From Candidatus Bathyarchaeota archaeon (GTDB taxonomy: Archaea; Thermoproteota; Bathyarchaeia; Bathyarchaeales; Bathyarchaeaceae), in contig CAVOMX010000025.1 in the NCBI GenBank assembly GCA_963697165.1, positions 32,001 to 96,000 on the forward strand: a DNA stretch of 64,000 nucleotides. The letters run 5' to 3'. Positions 31,300 to 41,299 of the stretch are shown here, piece by piece. Within the stretch, counting starts at the first letter, position 1, and each line of letters starts with the position of its first letter. The notes below the pieces were generated by a model, which did not search any database, was not told the origin of the DNA, and saw only the letters and a list, made by a program, of their open reading frames with translations. Both the position numbers and the translations under genes were made by a program.

Positions 31300-32868
31300 C
31301 TAATTACCAGCTATCTGTTGGATCTTTATTATAATAAATTCCGCTGGTTTCAGAGGTGCAAATCCTATGATGATATTAACAATACCTCGATCGATGTCAT
31401 ATTGTGTAGTAGTCTCTTTATCGCATTTCACAAAATATGCTTCTTTGGGGGCGGTACCTTGAAATGCACCTTGTATAAACATTTCGTGCATAAACTTACC
31501 TACATTAAGACGAATTTGTGACCAGAGCGGTTCATCATTCGGTTCAAACACAACCCACTGAGTTCCTCGATAAAGGCTTTCTTCGATATAAAGGGCCACT
31601 CGACGAACAGAGAGGTATTTCCATTGGTCAGCCAGTCTATCTGCTCCTCTCATTGTGCGTGCACCCCAAACTACTGGTCCGATTACAGGCATGATTCGCA
31701 GACAGTTGATGCCTAACTGATTTAACTTACCGTTTTCTTTATCTGTCAATTGGTTACTTAACCCGGATATTCCTATCAAGGTTGCTTTATCACCCGCCGG
31801 AGATTTCCAGACACCACGTTCAATATCCGTTCGTGTAATCACACCTGCAACCGCACCGCAGGGCACAAAATCCCGAATTATATTATTACTTTCAGGATCG
31901 TTTGCTTTGATTCGAGGGAAATATATTGCAGCGTTTTTGTGTCTTTTTGGTTGGAAACCTGGACTATCTATTCCAATATTAGGATCCATTGGTTTAGCTT
32001 TAGTGTTCCATGATGTTGGTGGGTCAACAATGAGTATTGCGCGTCGTTTTTCACAATAATCTAGAGCTTTTGAATATACAGCCCCTGAAGGAGTCTCGTC
32101 CTCTTGATATGGGGGAATACAGAGTAGGTTGAAATCAACATCATCCAAAGCATAGATACCCGTCCTATCGTTGAGGTTGCCAATAATGTTGGAATCTTCG
32201 ATGGGGTCTCCATCGCTAGCTGACTCTAGCACCAAAGAAATTGTGTTTGGTAGTTCAGTATTATCTTTAGTTGTGGCTTCTGGAGGTCTTTCGTTCGGTA
32301 CATCTCCTAGTACACGAATTAGATTTGACTCATTTTGCAAAATATTTTTGATAAATCTTGGGCTATCGATTTTAACACTAAGATTATGAAAGTTTTCACT
32401 TGTTAGAGTTTTTTTATCATCAATTGTAAGATTGAAAATGGTTTCTTCTTTGTCTAGGTTGTCAGTGTCTATATTGTGGTCAATTGTTATTTCAAGACGT
32501 TTGCCCCACTCGCCGGGGTTAGCTGCTTCAAACTCTAAATTTGAACCTTTAATCGTGAACGTGGCTTTTCCGTTTATTTTATCTCCATTAATGCTCGTCT
32601 CAGGGTTATAGACTCGAACGATTATTGCTTGATTACCTCCGTTCTGGAAGTAATGATAAAGTGCATAACTCATGTTGCTTTTTTTCCATAGTCCACCGAA
32701 GGAACGTGTGTAATCCGCAAAACTGAAAACTCGTTTTGCCTGGTTCACTTCTCCCATTGAAGCGCGTCCAATAAAAGCTGCTATTGACGAACTAACACCC
32801 TTTATAGTTCTAATTGCAGTGGGAATTTCTTCTATGTAAACTCCAGGATATGTAATTTGGATTGGCAT
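31300..32868 (-). CDS. Contractile tail sheath protein (eCIS Afp2/3/4-like)
   Basis: TYPGVYIEE, AAFIGRA, YFQNGG, PCGAVAG..RTD..RGVWKSPAG, WGART, FEPN, GFAPLKPAEF. Confidence 0.93.
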   Translation of the reverse strand: MPIQITYPGVYIEEIPTAIRTIKGVSSSIAAFIGRASMGEVNQAKRVFSFADYTRSFGGLWKKSNMSYALYHYFQNGGNQAIIVRVYNPETSINGDKINGKATFTIKGSNLEFEAANPGEWGKRLEITIDHNIDTDNLDKEETIFNLTIDDKKTLTSENFHNLSVKIDSPRFIKNILQNESNLIRVLGDVPNERPPEATTKDNTELPNTISLVLESASDGDPIEDSNIIGNLNDRTGIYALDDVDFNLLCIPPYQEDETPSGAVYSKALDYCEKRRAILIVDPPTSWNTKAKPMDPNIGIDSPGFQPKRHKNAAIYFPRIKANDPESNNIIRDFVPCGAVAGVITRTDIERGVWKSPAGDKATLIGISGLSNQLTDKENGKLNQLGINCLRIMPVIGPVVWGARTMRGADRLADQWKYLSVRRVALYIEESLYRGTQWVVFEPNDEPLWSQIRLNVGKFMHEMFIQGAFQGTAPKEAYFVKCDKETTTQYDIDRGIVNIIIGFAPLKPAEFIIIKIQQIAGN

Positions 32869-32965
32869 CGTATAGCATCCCCCTAATTAGATAATAATAT
32901 CGCAGGGGGTCATTAAAATTGTTTAAGAAAATTTTGATCTGAAATATTTTAAAAAAATATGTACC

Positions 32966-33403
32966 TTAAATTAGTCTGGAAATTGCTTCGATAATTCTTT
33001 CTTTATGGTTGTACTGCAGTTCCTCAATAGTTTCTATCAGTTCGTTGATCAGTAACCTATACCCTTTTGTGTTCTGATTTAGTAACCACTCTAAAAATCC
33101 ATGAGACAATAATTGCTTAGCTTGATCAAAATCTTCTACGAAAATGAAAATTGTGTTTCCACGAACTTCTTCTAGGAGTTGCTTACCGTTTCTGTGCCGT
33201 ACAATACCAGGTGACCATTCTAGATTTTGTTCCTTAAAGCGCTTAACATGATAACTAACTGTGCTTTTGCTACATCCAATTAATTCTCCAACTTCAGTTT
33301 GTGTTTTTCCATTTCCAACTAATTCTAAAATCTGTTTAGATATTGGAGTAAACTGGAAGAGTTCGAACTGTTTATTCTTATATCGAACTTTCGAACTCCT
33401 CAA
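32966..33403 (-). CDS. HTH-domain protein (start uncertain)
   Basis: GKTQTEVGELIGCSKSTVSYHVKR HTH. Confidence 0.6.
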   Translation of the reverse strand: MRSSKVRYKNKQFELFQFTPISKQILELVGNGKTQTEVGELIGCSKSTVSYHVKRFKEQNLEWSPGIVRHRNGKQLLEEVRGNTIFIFVEDFDQAKQLLSHGFLEWLLNQNTKGYRLLINELIETIEELQYNHKERIIEAISRLI

Positions 33404-33589
33404 ATCTAATCAATCCCATTTTTTTATTTCAAAAAGAACATGAAATTTTTGATGAAATTATCAGAAGAATTTTGGAAATATGGCTAAGCTTAGCCCAATT
33501 ACAAATCGTTTATTATTTGTTTTACTCATGATAAAGATGCAGGTGTTCTATGTTGAGTGATTACTCTAATAGAAGGAGACTGTTACTTA

Positions 33590-35416
33590 ATGATTGAATT
33601 GTCTCGAGTTGGTGCCCATCTTGACGGCGATAGTGTACGTTTTGGGTTATATCTGCCTGCTCTTGAGAAAGAGGAGGCAATTTCTCTCACGGCGAAGGTT
33701 AGTCATATAAGCGATTTTGCATGGGAGAAAATTTTTGATTGCCCTCTTCAGTATATTGACAACCAAGATGGTTACCCATTCTATGAAGGAAACCTCGATC
33801 TGACAGGCAAAAAAAAGGGCTTATATCGATACCAGTATGAAGTGGGCAAACACGATACTATTTACCCGTGGTGGGCTAGTGATCCTTTCGCAAGACAAAC
33901 GGCTGCAGGACATCGCTCCGCGTTTTTCTATGGCGAGGAGGAGAAGATCACAGTGCCACTTTTTGAAATGCCTTCTGTAGATGAGCTTATTGTCTATGAA
34001 TGTAGCATATCGGAGTACAATCGCACATTTGAAGGATTTATCAGGAATATTGATTACCTTGAAGCTTTGGGCGTTAATGCTGTTGAGTTCATGCCCTTAA
34101 CGAATGTCGTAGAAACTTACCGCTGGGGTTATGTTCCTCTCAACCTCTTTGCACCAGACGAGCGTTTTGGTAGGCCTAATGATTTGAAGAGATTAATTAA
34201 AACGTGCCATGAACTTGGAATAGCCGTAATTATGGATGTAGTTTATAATCATATTAGTGGTCGTTTTGGTTACAATGTAATTTACGATCAAATTGGTATT
34301 GAGAATCCCATAACGGGTGAATTCGGCAAATCGTTCTATGGGCTTTCTGATGTGGACTACTCAAAGCAGTTCGCTCGGGAGTTCATTTTTTCAGTCAATC
34401 GCTATTACCTCGATGAGTTTGGCGTTGATGGTTTCCGATACGATTTTACTCCCGGTTTCTTTGATGGAGTCCAAATTGGAAATGTTGGATTGTCACATCT
34501 TTTATGGTCAACACGTGAATACGCAAAATCCATTGGGCGTCCCAATATTATTCAATGCATTGAGCATCTAGAGAAGTGCATCATTCAAGGCACCGAATTT
34601 GAACCGGTTGATGTTTTCAATAAAACATACGCTAACGCGTGTTGGTATGAAGACCTAAGATCAAGAATAGAAAATCAATTCGCAAAAGGTAATCTTGATG
34701 AAAGTCTAATTCGACTTCTAGATCTTGATGCACGCGGTTACCAGTTGAATTATGAAAGCGAAGAAGAATTAGTTAAATCACCTTTTGTGTACCTCGAAAC
34801 CCACGATCACAGCAGACTCATAAGTTACTTTCCCGCTCGTGCCCTACAGAAAGATTATTTCGGTGAAAACCAGGGTGATCGTTATGCGAGTTATTATTTA
34901 ACTCAGCCCTACGTTATTGCTCTTTTCACGGGCCCGGGTACTCCTATGATATATAATGGACAAGAGTTCGGAGAAAACTATATTGTGCCAGAGTCTGGAA
35001 TGGATCGCGTTCTGAATTTCCGTTTTCTTCGCTGGGAAAACACGGAAGATCGACCAGGTCGGACGCTACTTCGTTTATATCAGCAGCTAATCTTGCTCCG
35101 TAAGAAATATCCTTCCCTCCGCAGTAGAGGGCTAAACAGTTTCTATTACTACAACCAATATGATCCACAAACTGGTGAAGTTGGCAATTATCGTCCACCA
35201 AAAGGAGTATATTTCTACAGACGACAATTCGATAACGAAATTGTGCTTGTTGCACTAAACTTTACAAGCCAAGAATTATCAGTGCCCCATCCATTTCCCG
35301 ATGTTGGTACCTGGCGAGATCTCCTCCATGATTCCGAAGTTACTAATACTCCTGACAAACGCTGCCCAAAGGTTAACATACCAAGCAACTATGGTCGTAT
35401 CTACTTATTAGAGTAG
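33590..35416 (+). CDS. GH13 alpha-amylase-family glycoside hydrolase (branching enzyme/trehalohydrolase-like)
   Basis: DPFAR, WGY.P, DVVYNH, DGFRYD (nucleophile), EH, THDH, YNGQEFG. ATG 33590 follows AAGGAG. Confidence 0.9.
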   Translation: MIELSRVGAHLDGDSVRFGLYLPALEKEEAISLTAKVSHISDFAWEKIFDCPLQYIDNQDGYPFYEGNLDLTGKKKGLYRYQYEVGKHDTIYPWWASDPFARQTAAGHRSAFFYGEEEKITVPLFEMPSVDELIVYECSISEYNRTFEGFIRNIDYLEALGVNAVEFMPLTNVVETYRWGYVPLNLFAPDERFGRPNDLKRLIKTCHELGIAVIMDVVYNHISGRFGYNVIYDQIGIENPITGEFGKSFYGLSDVDYSKQFAREFIFSVNRYYLDEFGVDGFRYDFTPGFFDGVQIGNVGLSHLLWSTREYAKSIGRPNIIQCIEHLEKCIIQGTEFEPVDVFNKTYANACWYEDLRSRIENQFAKGNLDESLIRLLDLDARGYQLNYESEEELVKSPFVYLETHDHSRLISYFPARALQKDYFGENQGDRYASYYLTQPYVIALFTGPGTPMIYNGQEFGENYIVPESGMDRVLNFRFLRWENTEDRPGRTLLRLYQQLILLRKKYPSLRSRGLNSFYYYNQYDPQTGEVGNYRPPKGVYFYRRQFDNEIVLVALNFTSQELSVPHPFPDVGTWRDLLHDSEVTNTPDKRCPKVNIPSNYGRIYLLE

Positions 35417-35940
35417 CAACTTATGAAATCCAAAAAAGCATAAAAAATCCAACTTGTCAGTTAAAAAAAATTTTTGGACCGTGTCAGCCAAACATTCTCA
35501 ATAAAAATTATAGCACTGAGATGGTTGCATTCTTCAAACGTGTTGATCCCGCCATAATTCGTGAGATCACAGAGGCGGGAAATGAAAGCAATAATAAGAT
35601 TGAGACATCAAACGCTTATATTAAGACGACTTTCGGTATCGTGCATGTTCGGAGCAATGGAGAACGTGTTCTAGTTGTAACGCATGGGGTAAGCCTGGTC
35701 AAAAAGAGAGCTATGCGTTTAAGGTCGATAAACAAGGCAAAATTACATTCGAAGAAACTAAAGTGATTTGAAAAGAATAACTTGCTGTTTTTCCAGCCCC
35801 AATTTATTCTAAAATCTGTTTGGACATAGGATTTAACCTGAAGAGTCCAAGCGTTCTATCTTTTTCTACTAACTTGAATGTTGCTGCAGGCTCAGTTGAT
35901 AATAATCAATACAAGGTACTGACTTTATAATAAAAGAGGT

Positions 35941-37524
35941 TTAACGAAGCTCTGGACTCAAATTTTTTATTCTTTTATCTATGGCTAATTGTGCGCTAAT
36001 TTCTTGTTGAGTTAAGACTTCTAATGTTTTCCAGAAGTAAAGTATGTCTTTATAGTCATGCTTCCGCATGAAATTTAACGCTATTTCTATTGTTTCTAGT
36101 GCAGAATTATTGTATGAAATTATAGCTTCTTTTACGGATTTGGCGTATTCGTCAAGGTTAAATCTTTCAGGATAAAACTTTCCAATTATTTGAACATCAA
36201 GATATAACATGCGTAACTTGTTTACTAGAGCTAAAGAACCAAAAAATGCTTCGTGGAATGTTTTTGTGAGAAATACTTCCATCAAGTTTACTCTCGGATC
36301 ATTAAATTGGTAAGTTGGATAGTCCAGGGTTCCTTCAAGCCTGCCTTCTCGTTTTAATTGTTCCGCAATCGAAGTGCCTGCATAAGGAAACATTTTAGTA
36401 AAGTGAACCAAAGCCCGACCATTAAGAGTTAAATTCTTCAGAAATTCAAGATCTCCCTCGATAGAATCAAATGTAGTAGTAGGTGTAAGCATCATGAATC
36501 CATAGTCAAACTTCATGTCTGCTTTCTCGAGTAAATCAAGTGAATTGTAAACGTCTTTAACTGCAAAATGCTTATTGCAGGTTTTAAGACCTTGCTCGTT
36601 TCCAGATTCTATTCCTAGGTATACAAACGTAAGACCGACATTCTTTAGTGTTTTTAGACAATCAAGATCCAACTCGTCCACTCTATTTGATATTCGCCAA
36701 AGGATCTTATCGTCTATTTTTCTCCTTTTTAGCTCCGAAGCGAATTCGTTGATCCATTCTTTTTGTACCTTTGTTTTCATTCCCAAATCATCGTCGACAA
36801 ATTTGAAAATCCTAACGTTACTCTTGTAAAGCTGTTCCATTTCTTCCGCAACGTTAGAAGCTGATCGTGACCTTCGCTTTGGTCCAGGTGCATCTAAGTA
36901 AAATTGGCGTATACTACAAAAACTACAATTATAGTAACAACCTCGACTAGCAAGGATTGATGCAGACTCAATACCGCGGTACTTTTGTTTCTTACCGCCT
37001 CTAATAGGGAAAGGTAGGGAATCAAGATTTTCAATAAGTTTTCTTGGTGAGGTGAAGACTACTTCATCGTTTCTTCTAAAGGCAATTCCCTTAATCCCGA
37101 ACCATTTATCAGGATTTGCCAAGTTTTTAAAGAGCTCTAATATAGTAACTTCACCTTCGTGGGTCACCACTGTGTCAAGCTCTGGCATGAGTTGCAATGT
37201 TTTTGTATATTCTATTGTTGGAAAATGACCACCCATGGTAAAATGTGCAGAAATACCGCTTTCTCGAAGGTATTTCAACAGTTCCTTAAATTCAAGGACC
37301 ATAGGTTGAAAAATAAGAGAAAAACCAACCATTTTGGGGTTGGTTTTAAGAATATCTGCTAGAACTTGCTTTTTATCTGACTTTCTGTATGGTACGATCT
37401 TTACTTTTAGTTTATTTGCTTGTAGGTAGGCTGCAATTGATCTGAGGCCAAGATTCTCCTCGTCCTCATATCCAACAAGAGCGATGTCACAGTCTTGAGA
37501 CTTTGCCTCTTTTAAAAGAGATAT
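35941..37524 (-). CDS. Cobalamin-binding radical SAM enzyme (class B methyltransferase-like), ~527 aa
   Basis: Frame is open upstream of the track start through DIALVGYEDEENLGLRSIAAYL to an ATA at 37524. GGHFPT, HEGE, SRGCYYNCSFC, GIESG. Confidence 0.9.
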   Translation of the reverse strand: MSLLKEAKSQDCDIALVGYEDEENLGLRSIAAYLQANKLKVKIVPYRKSDKKQVLADILKTNPKMVGFSLIFQPMVLEFKELLKYLRESGISAHFTMGGHFPTIEYTKTLQLMPELDTVVTHEGEVTILELFKNLANPDKWFGIKGIAFRRNDEVVFTSPRKLIENLDSLPFPIRGGKKQKYRGIESASILASRGCYYNCSFCSIRQFYLDAPGPKRRSRSASNVAEEMEQLYKSNVRIFKFVDDDLGMKTKVQKEWINEFASELKRRKIDDKILWRISNRVDELDLDCLKTLKNVGLTFVYLGIESGNEQGLKTCNKHFAVKDVYNSLDLLEKADMKFDYGFMMLTPTTTFDSIEGDLEFLKNLTLNGRALVHFTKMFPYAGTSIAEQLKREGRLEGTLDYPTYQFNDPRVNLMEVFLTKTFHEAFFGSLALVNKLRMLYLDVQIIGKFYPERFNLDEYAKSVKEAIISYNNSALETIEIALNFMRKHDYKDILYFWKTLEVLTQQEISAQLAIDKRIKNLSPELR

Positions 37525-37531
37525 TTACTTG

Positions 37532-37789
37532 CTATCCCCTTTTGGCCATTATCAATGACTTCATTGTTTCGAGCTTTTCAAGTTCCAATTTCAAATTTTG
37601 CATCTGGAATCTTACGGCGTTGATTTTCTGATCAATTTCTTTTTCTAGTACGACTTTGATCTGATCGGCTGCAAGGTTTTCTAGCCACCGCCTCAAAAGG
37701 TAAGGAGCTGGGTCTGCTACGGGTCCAAGAAAGTCACGGATATTTAAAATTGGTCTATTAATTTCTTCTGCCATTTTAACACCTTCCAT
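37532..37789 (-). CDS. Small protein with GPVADPAP motif and C-terminal coiled coil; candidate radical SAM substrate/precursor
   Basis: 80-85 aa; ends 7 nt before the radical SAM gene; likely start MAEEINR after GGAAGGTG. Confidence 0.75.
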   Translation of the reverse strand: MEGVKMAEEINRPILNIRDFLGPVADPAPYLLRRWLENLAADQIKVVLEKEIDQKINAVRFQMQNLKLELEKLETMKSLIMAKRG

Positions 37790-38268
37790 ATATTGTTAAT
37801 TAATAGTCCATATAAATCTTCCCAGCGTTATCCATTTGCACCGTTATTACTATAAGATAACTTTTCGCTACGGGTGTAAAAGGTCAACTTATAAGCAATC
37901 AGGACTAATTTGCATCCTTCATTTGGCTGGAATGGGCTGATGGAATTTTCCCCAACAAAATGGGAATCTAAATTTTTCAGCCATAAAGCACATTATGCAA
38001 ATTGTGTGACCGCAACCATAAAATGTGCTTGTCCAAGTGGATTTTTCCAGCAAAGATCACATTTAACATATATGATTCCTTCAATCCTTTTCATACTATC
38101 AGCTTTTACTTTTCATAATAATAGAATTCTATGCTTATCGGATCAACTCCAAGTTCCCTGTCACAAACTGGACATTTTCCATCAGTTCTTCTTATCAGAC
38201 GTTAAATGGGAATCATGTCTCTTCATTCATACAAGAGTTTTCCGTAACCATGCTGGAGATCGTAATTA

Positions 38269-39570
38269 CTATTTCTTTACGAGAATCTTTCCGGAAGAAA
38301 GCACGGTTTGGACATCCCACCCTTTTGCTAAGTAGTTTTCCAAATCATATTCATCTATAATCTTTTTAGGCTCTTTGTTGGGATTCTCTCTTAAGCGGTT
38401 ACCTTCAAGACTCAACGTCCTTATTTCGTCAATGGCATCATCAACTGAAGCATATTTTGCTAAAGCCTCTTCAACGCTCTTGATTCTGTCCTCATCGTAG
38501 CCAAATAGCCTAGCTGTATCAAGAAGTTGCTTCTTTCTCAATTCTTCGGAGGAATAATTCTTTTGAGGGAAGAACTCAACCTGAGCATATTTTCTTCTTA
38601 AATCCTCGATCTTAGTCTTATCATAGTAAGTGTCTTGGCTTCCTGGTAAAATATGCCCCATGAGAAATTCTTGATCTTTAGTATCCATTCCACTATTTCT
38701 TAAGGCAGATTCAAAGGCTTTTCTAAGACAGTGAGGAGAAACAAAATTCCATTTCTTAACTCCAACATCTCTTGCAGCACGCTTTACAAGATTTTCAAGT
38801 GTCTTTTTCATAACGGGAGTTTTTCTTCTCAAGTCAGGAACTAAATTTTTGCTAGTGGAAGCAAAGAGAGGTTCATTATCGCCAATATTACCAAAACTTT
38901 TCTTTCTTTTTTCCAAGTATTGGCTTATTGCTTCAACGGTTTCCATAGAAAAAAATGTGTAGTATGTTATGTTCCCTTTGCAGGCGCCATTAACAATTTT
39001 TTTCATTTCAGCATAAACTGGAACATTTAAGATGTCTAGTCCATTTTCAAAATCGTCTTTTACGTCTTGATATAAGATTGCTCTTAAAGTGGAATTTCTG
39101 AGTCCACTTGTATAGAGGGATAAAACTAATGCCTTATTGCGAGTTGACCCAGACGCGTAAGCCATCTTGTAAATTTCGTCAGATGTTGGAATATACTCGT
39201 CACGTTTTCTGTAACGTGAAGGTTGATAATGGCGTTCAACTTCAAGAGCCTTACTTCCTTTTAACCCATTGACTTTGAAGAATGTCTTCAAGTAAGCCAG
39301 AGACACATTCACATATCTAATACTGTATCCTTTGTTGGCTAACGAGTCAACAAAATCTTTCACAAGACTAGAAGCCTTGCTAGGACTTAAAGTTACAAGA
39401 TCGTCTGGACCTTTATCCGCAAAGTCTGATAGCGCTTTTACAGTCTGACAAGCATTCGCTCTCGTATGTTCACTTCTTGTTTTGCGTTGGTAATGACGAA
39501 GCAGACGATTGACACTTTGAAAATTACTGTCCCAACCGTTTATTTGCAAAAAATCTTCCCAGTTGGTCAC
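38269..39570 (-). CDS. Tyrosine recombinase/integrase
   Basis: SGLRNS (R), CKG (K), HCLRK (HxxR), LMGH, DTYY (Y); starts 66 bp from the att repeat. Confidence 0.93.
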   Translation of the reverse strand: MTNWEDFLQINGWDSNFQSVNRLLRHYQRKTRSEHTRANACQTVKALSDFADKGPDDLVTLSPSKASSLVKDFVDSLANKGYSIRYVNVSLAYLKTFFKVNGLKGSKALEVERHYQPSRYRKRDEYIPTSDEIYKMAYASGSTRNKALVLSLYTSGLRNSTLRAILYQDVKDDFENGLDILNVPVYAEMKKIVNGACKGNITYYTFFSMETVEAISQYLEKRKKSFGNIGDNEPLFASTSKNLVPDLRRKTPVMKKTLENLVKRAARDVGVKKWNFVSPHCLRKAFESALRNSGMDTKDQEFLMGHILPGSQDTYYDKTKIEDLRRKYAQVEFFPQKNYSSEELRKKQLLDTARLFGYDEDRIKSVEEALAKYASVDDAIDEIRTLSLEGNRLRENPNKEPKKIIDEYDLENYLAKGWDVQTVLSSGKILVKK

Positions 39571-39754
39571 TGTATCACCAGTAAATACAGGGTTTACTGT
39601 CTAAATAAGTGTTAGGGTAACCTTACAAACGTAACTCTACCAGGCTAGGAGAACCCCGCATAAGATATTTTGTTCAGAACGAAACCTAAAAAAAGTATCT
39701 GTTCAAACAAAACCAAGTTTTTATAAAACCGTTGTATCCATACTGTTGGAAGAT

Positions 39755-39831
39755 GGGCCGGTTGTCTAGTTCGGTAGGATGCAGCCCTTACGCGGCTGAG
39801 GTCGCAGGTTCAAATCCTGCTCGGCCCACCA
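39755..39831 (+). tRNA. tRNA-Val(TAC), CCA encoded
   Basis: GGGCCGG...TCGGCCC A CCA; CAGCC-CT-TAC-GC-GGCTG; TTTATA box about 30 nt upstream. Confidence 0.95.
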
Positions 39832-39956
39832 CTTTTCACCAAATCCTCAAAAGAAGGCAACATAACAATAATATTAGGAGACTAATAACAGATCATTGTT
39901 GAAAACTAGCTTTTTCCAAAAGCAAACCCCACAACCATCCATAAAAGAGGAAAAAC

Positions 39957-41172
39957 ATGAAAAAAATGTTCGCCCTCCCAATAGTGTGCATTCTAGTAAT
40001 AGCCAGCACCACAGTCTTTGTCTCAACAGTCCACGAAAACGAAGGCACAAAAGAAACGGCGGACTGTTACGTTGGCGTCTCATTTTGCGGAAACACAACC
40101 GCAGAAGCAAAGCTTCTTATCGACAGGGTAAAAGACTACACTAACCTGCTTGTGCTACAGTCGGGAGACGTAAGCGAGAACGAAACAGCCACAAACGAAA
40201 TTTGCGACTACGCAGTAGACGTTGGACTTGATATCATAGTATATTTTGGTAACCTCTCCCCCAGAGCACTTCAGAGAATCAAGCGAAGAGGAGGGAAAGG
40301 ATTTGCTTTGGCGGCTGTCTTGGATAAGCACTGCTGAAGAAAAGTGGGGTGACAGCTTTCTTGGAGTTTACTATTATGATGAGTCGGGCGGAATCTGGCT
40401 TGACCAAGTGGAAAATTGGCTTAAAGAGCTTGAATCATTGAACATTACCACGCCGTTTGTTGACCCAACATATGATAGCATAGCAGAACTGTTTAACGCG
40501 TTCTTACCAAGAGACAGGGGATACCAGGCATTAAAAAATAACTCCATTAACGTTTTCGCCTCAGATTATGCGCTTTACTGGTTCGACTACAAGATGGGCT
40601 ACGACACCATATTTGCTCAAGTAGGCTGGAATCACACACTAGAACAGGATATAGCACTAATACGAGGCGCAGCAAACCTGCAAAACAAGAGCTGGGGAAC
40701 AATAATAACATGGAAATATAATCATCCGCCCTACCTTGACACAGCACTAAACATCTACAATCAAATGTGGACATCATACGATGCAGGCGCAGAATACATT
40801 GTCCTCTTCAATTATCCTACATACCCGGAAGGAAACAGTTACGGCGCTATGACAGACGCGCACTTTGAGGCTCTAGAAAACTTCTGGAAAGACATCGTGC
40901 AGAACCCAGAGGCGGTTCATGGCAAAACAAAAGCCGAGGCATTATTAGTGCTGCCAAAGAATTACGGTTGGGGAATGCGAAACCCACAAGACACAATCTG
41001 GGCATTCTGGGGACCAGACGAAAAATCAGAGCAAATATGGACAATCTCACGACAGCTCCTTGCACAATACGGCACAGCCTTGGATATAGTCTACGATGAG
41101 CCAGAGTTTCCAGTCACGGAAAGGTACCAGAAAATCTACTACTGGAACCAAACAATAACAGCGAACCCATGA
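39957..41172 (+). CDS. Exported hypothetical protein (signal peptide), frameshifted near 40270
   Basis: ORFs 39957-40337 and 40246-41172 read as one protein; YYYDE.GG, WFDY..GYD, LPKNYGWGMR. Confidence 0.7.
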
Positions 41173-41299
41173 AAATAGCCCAGAAAAACGGTTTTACCGC
41201 AACTTCTGTTAAACAGTTTATCCTCAGTTTTGGTTAACCTTTATATGCACCTTATGAACCTCTCAAAAGTTATCTGGAAGGTTCTACGTAAACTTACGA

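Larger units (their letters stand above)
25223..39660. mobile_element. Integrative island (tandem array of two elements) in the 5' end of tRNA-Ser
   Basis: Perfect 24-bp direct repeat CTACCAGGCTAGGAGAACCCCGCA at 25223-25246 and 39637-39660, plus an internal copy at 30888-30909. Tyrosine integrase next to the right repeat; AT-rich cargo. Confidence 0.9.

Noticed and set aside
31069..32868. Provirus
   Set aside because: No capsid, portal, terminase, tape-measure or replication genes lie between the att sites.
35521..35766. 81-aa ORF in the island; also 25797-26027 and 37910-38335
   Set aside because: No recognisable motif or clear RBS; may be decayed fragments but cannot be supported.
37525..37534. 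Read-through fusion of the DPAP protein to the radical SAM enzyme
   Set aside because: The two genes are in different frames, and the radical SAM frame has its own TAA at 37525-37527.
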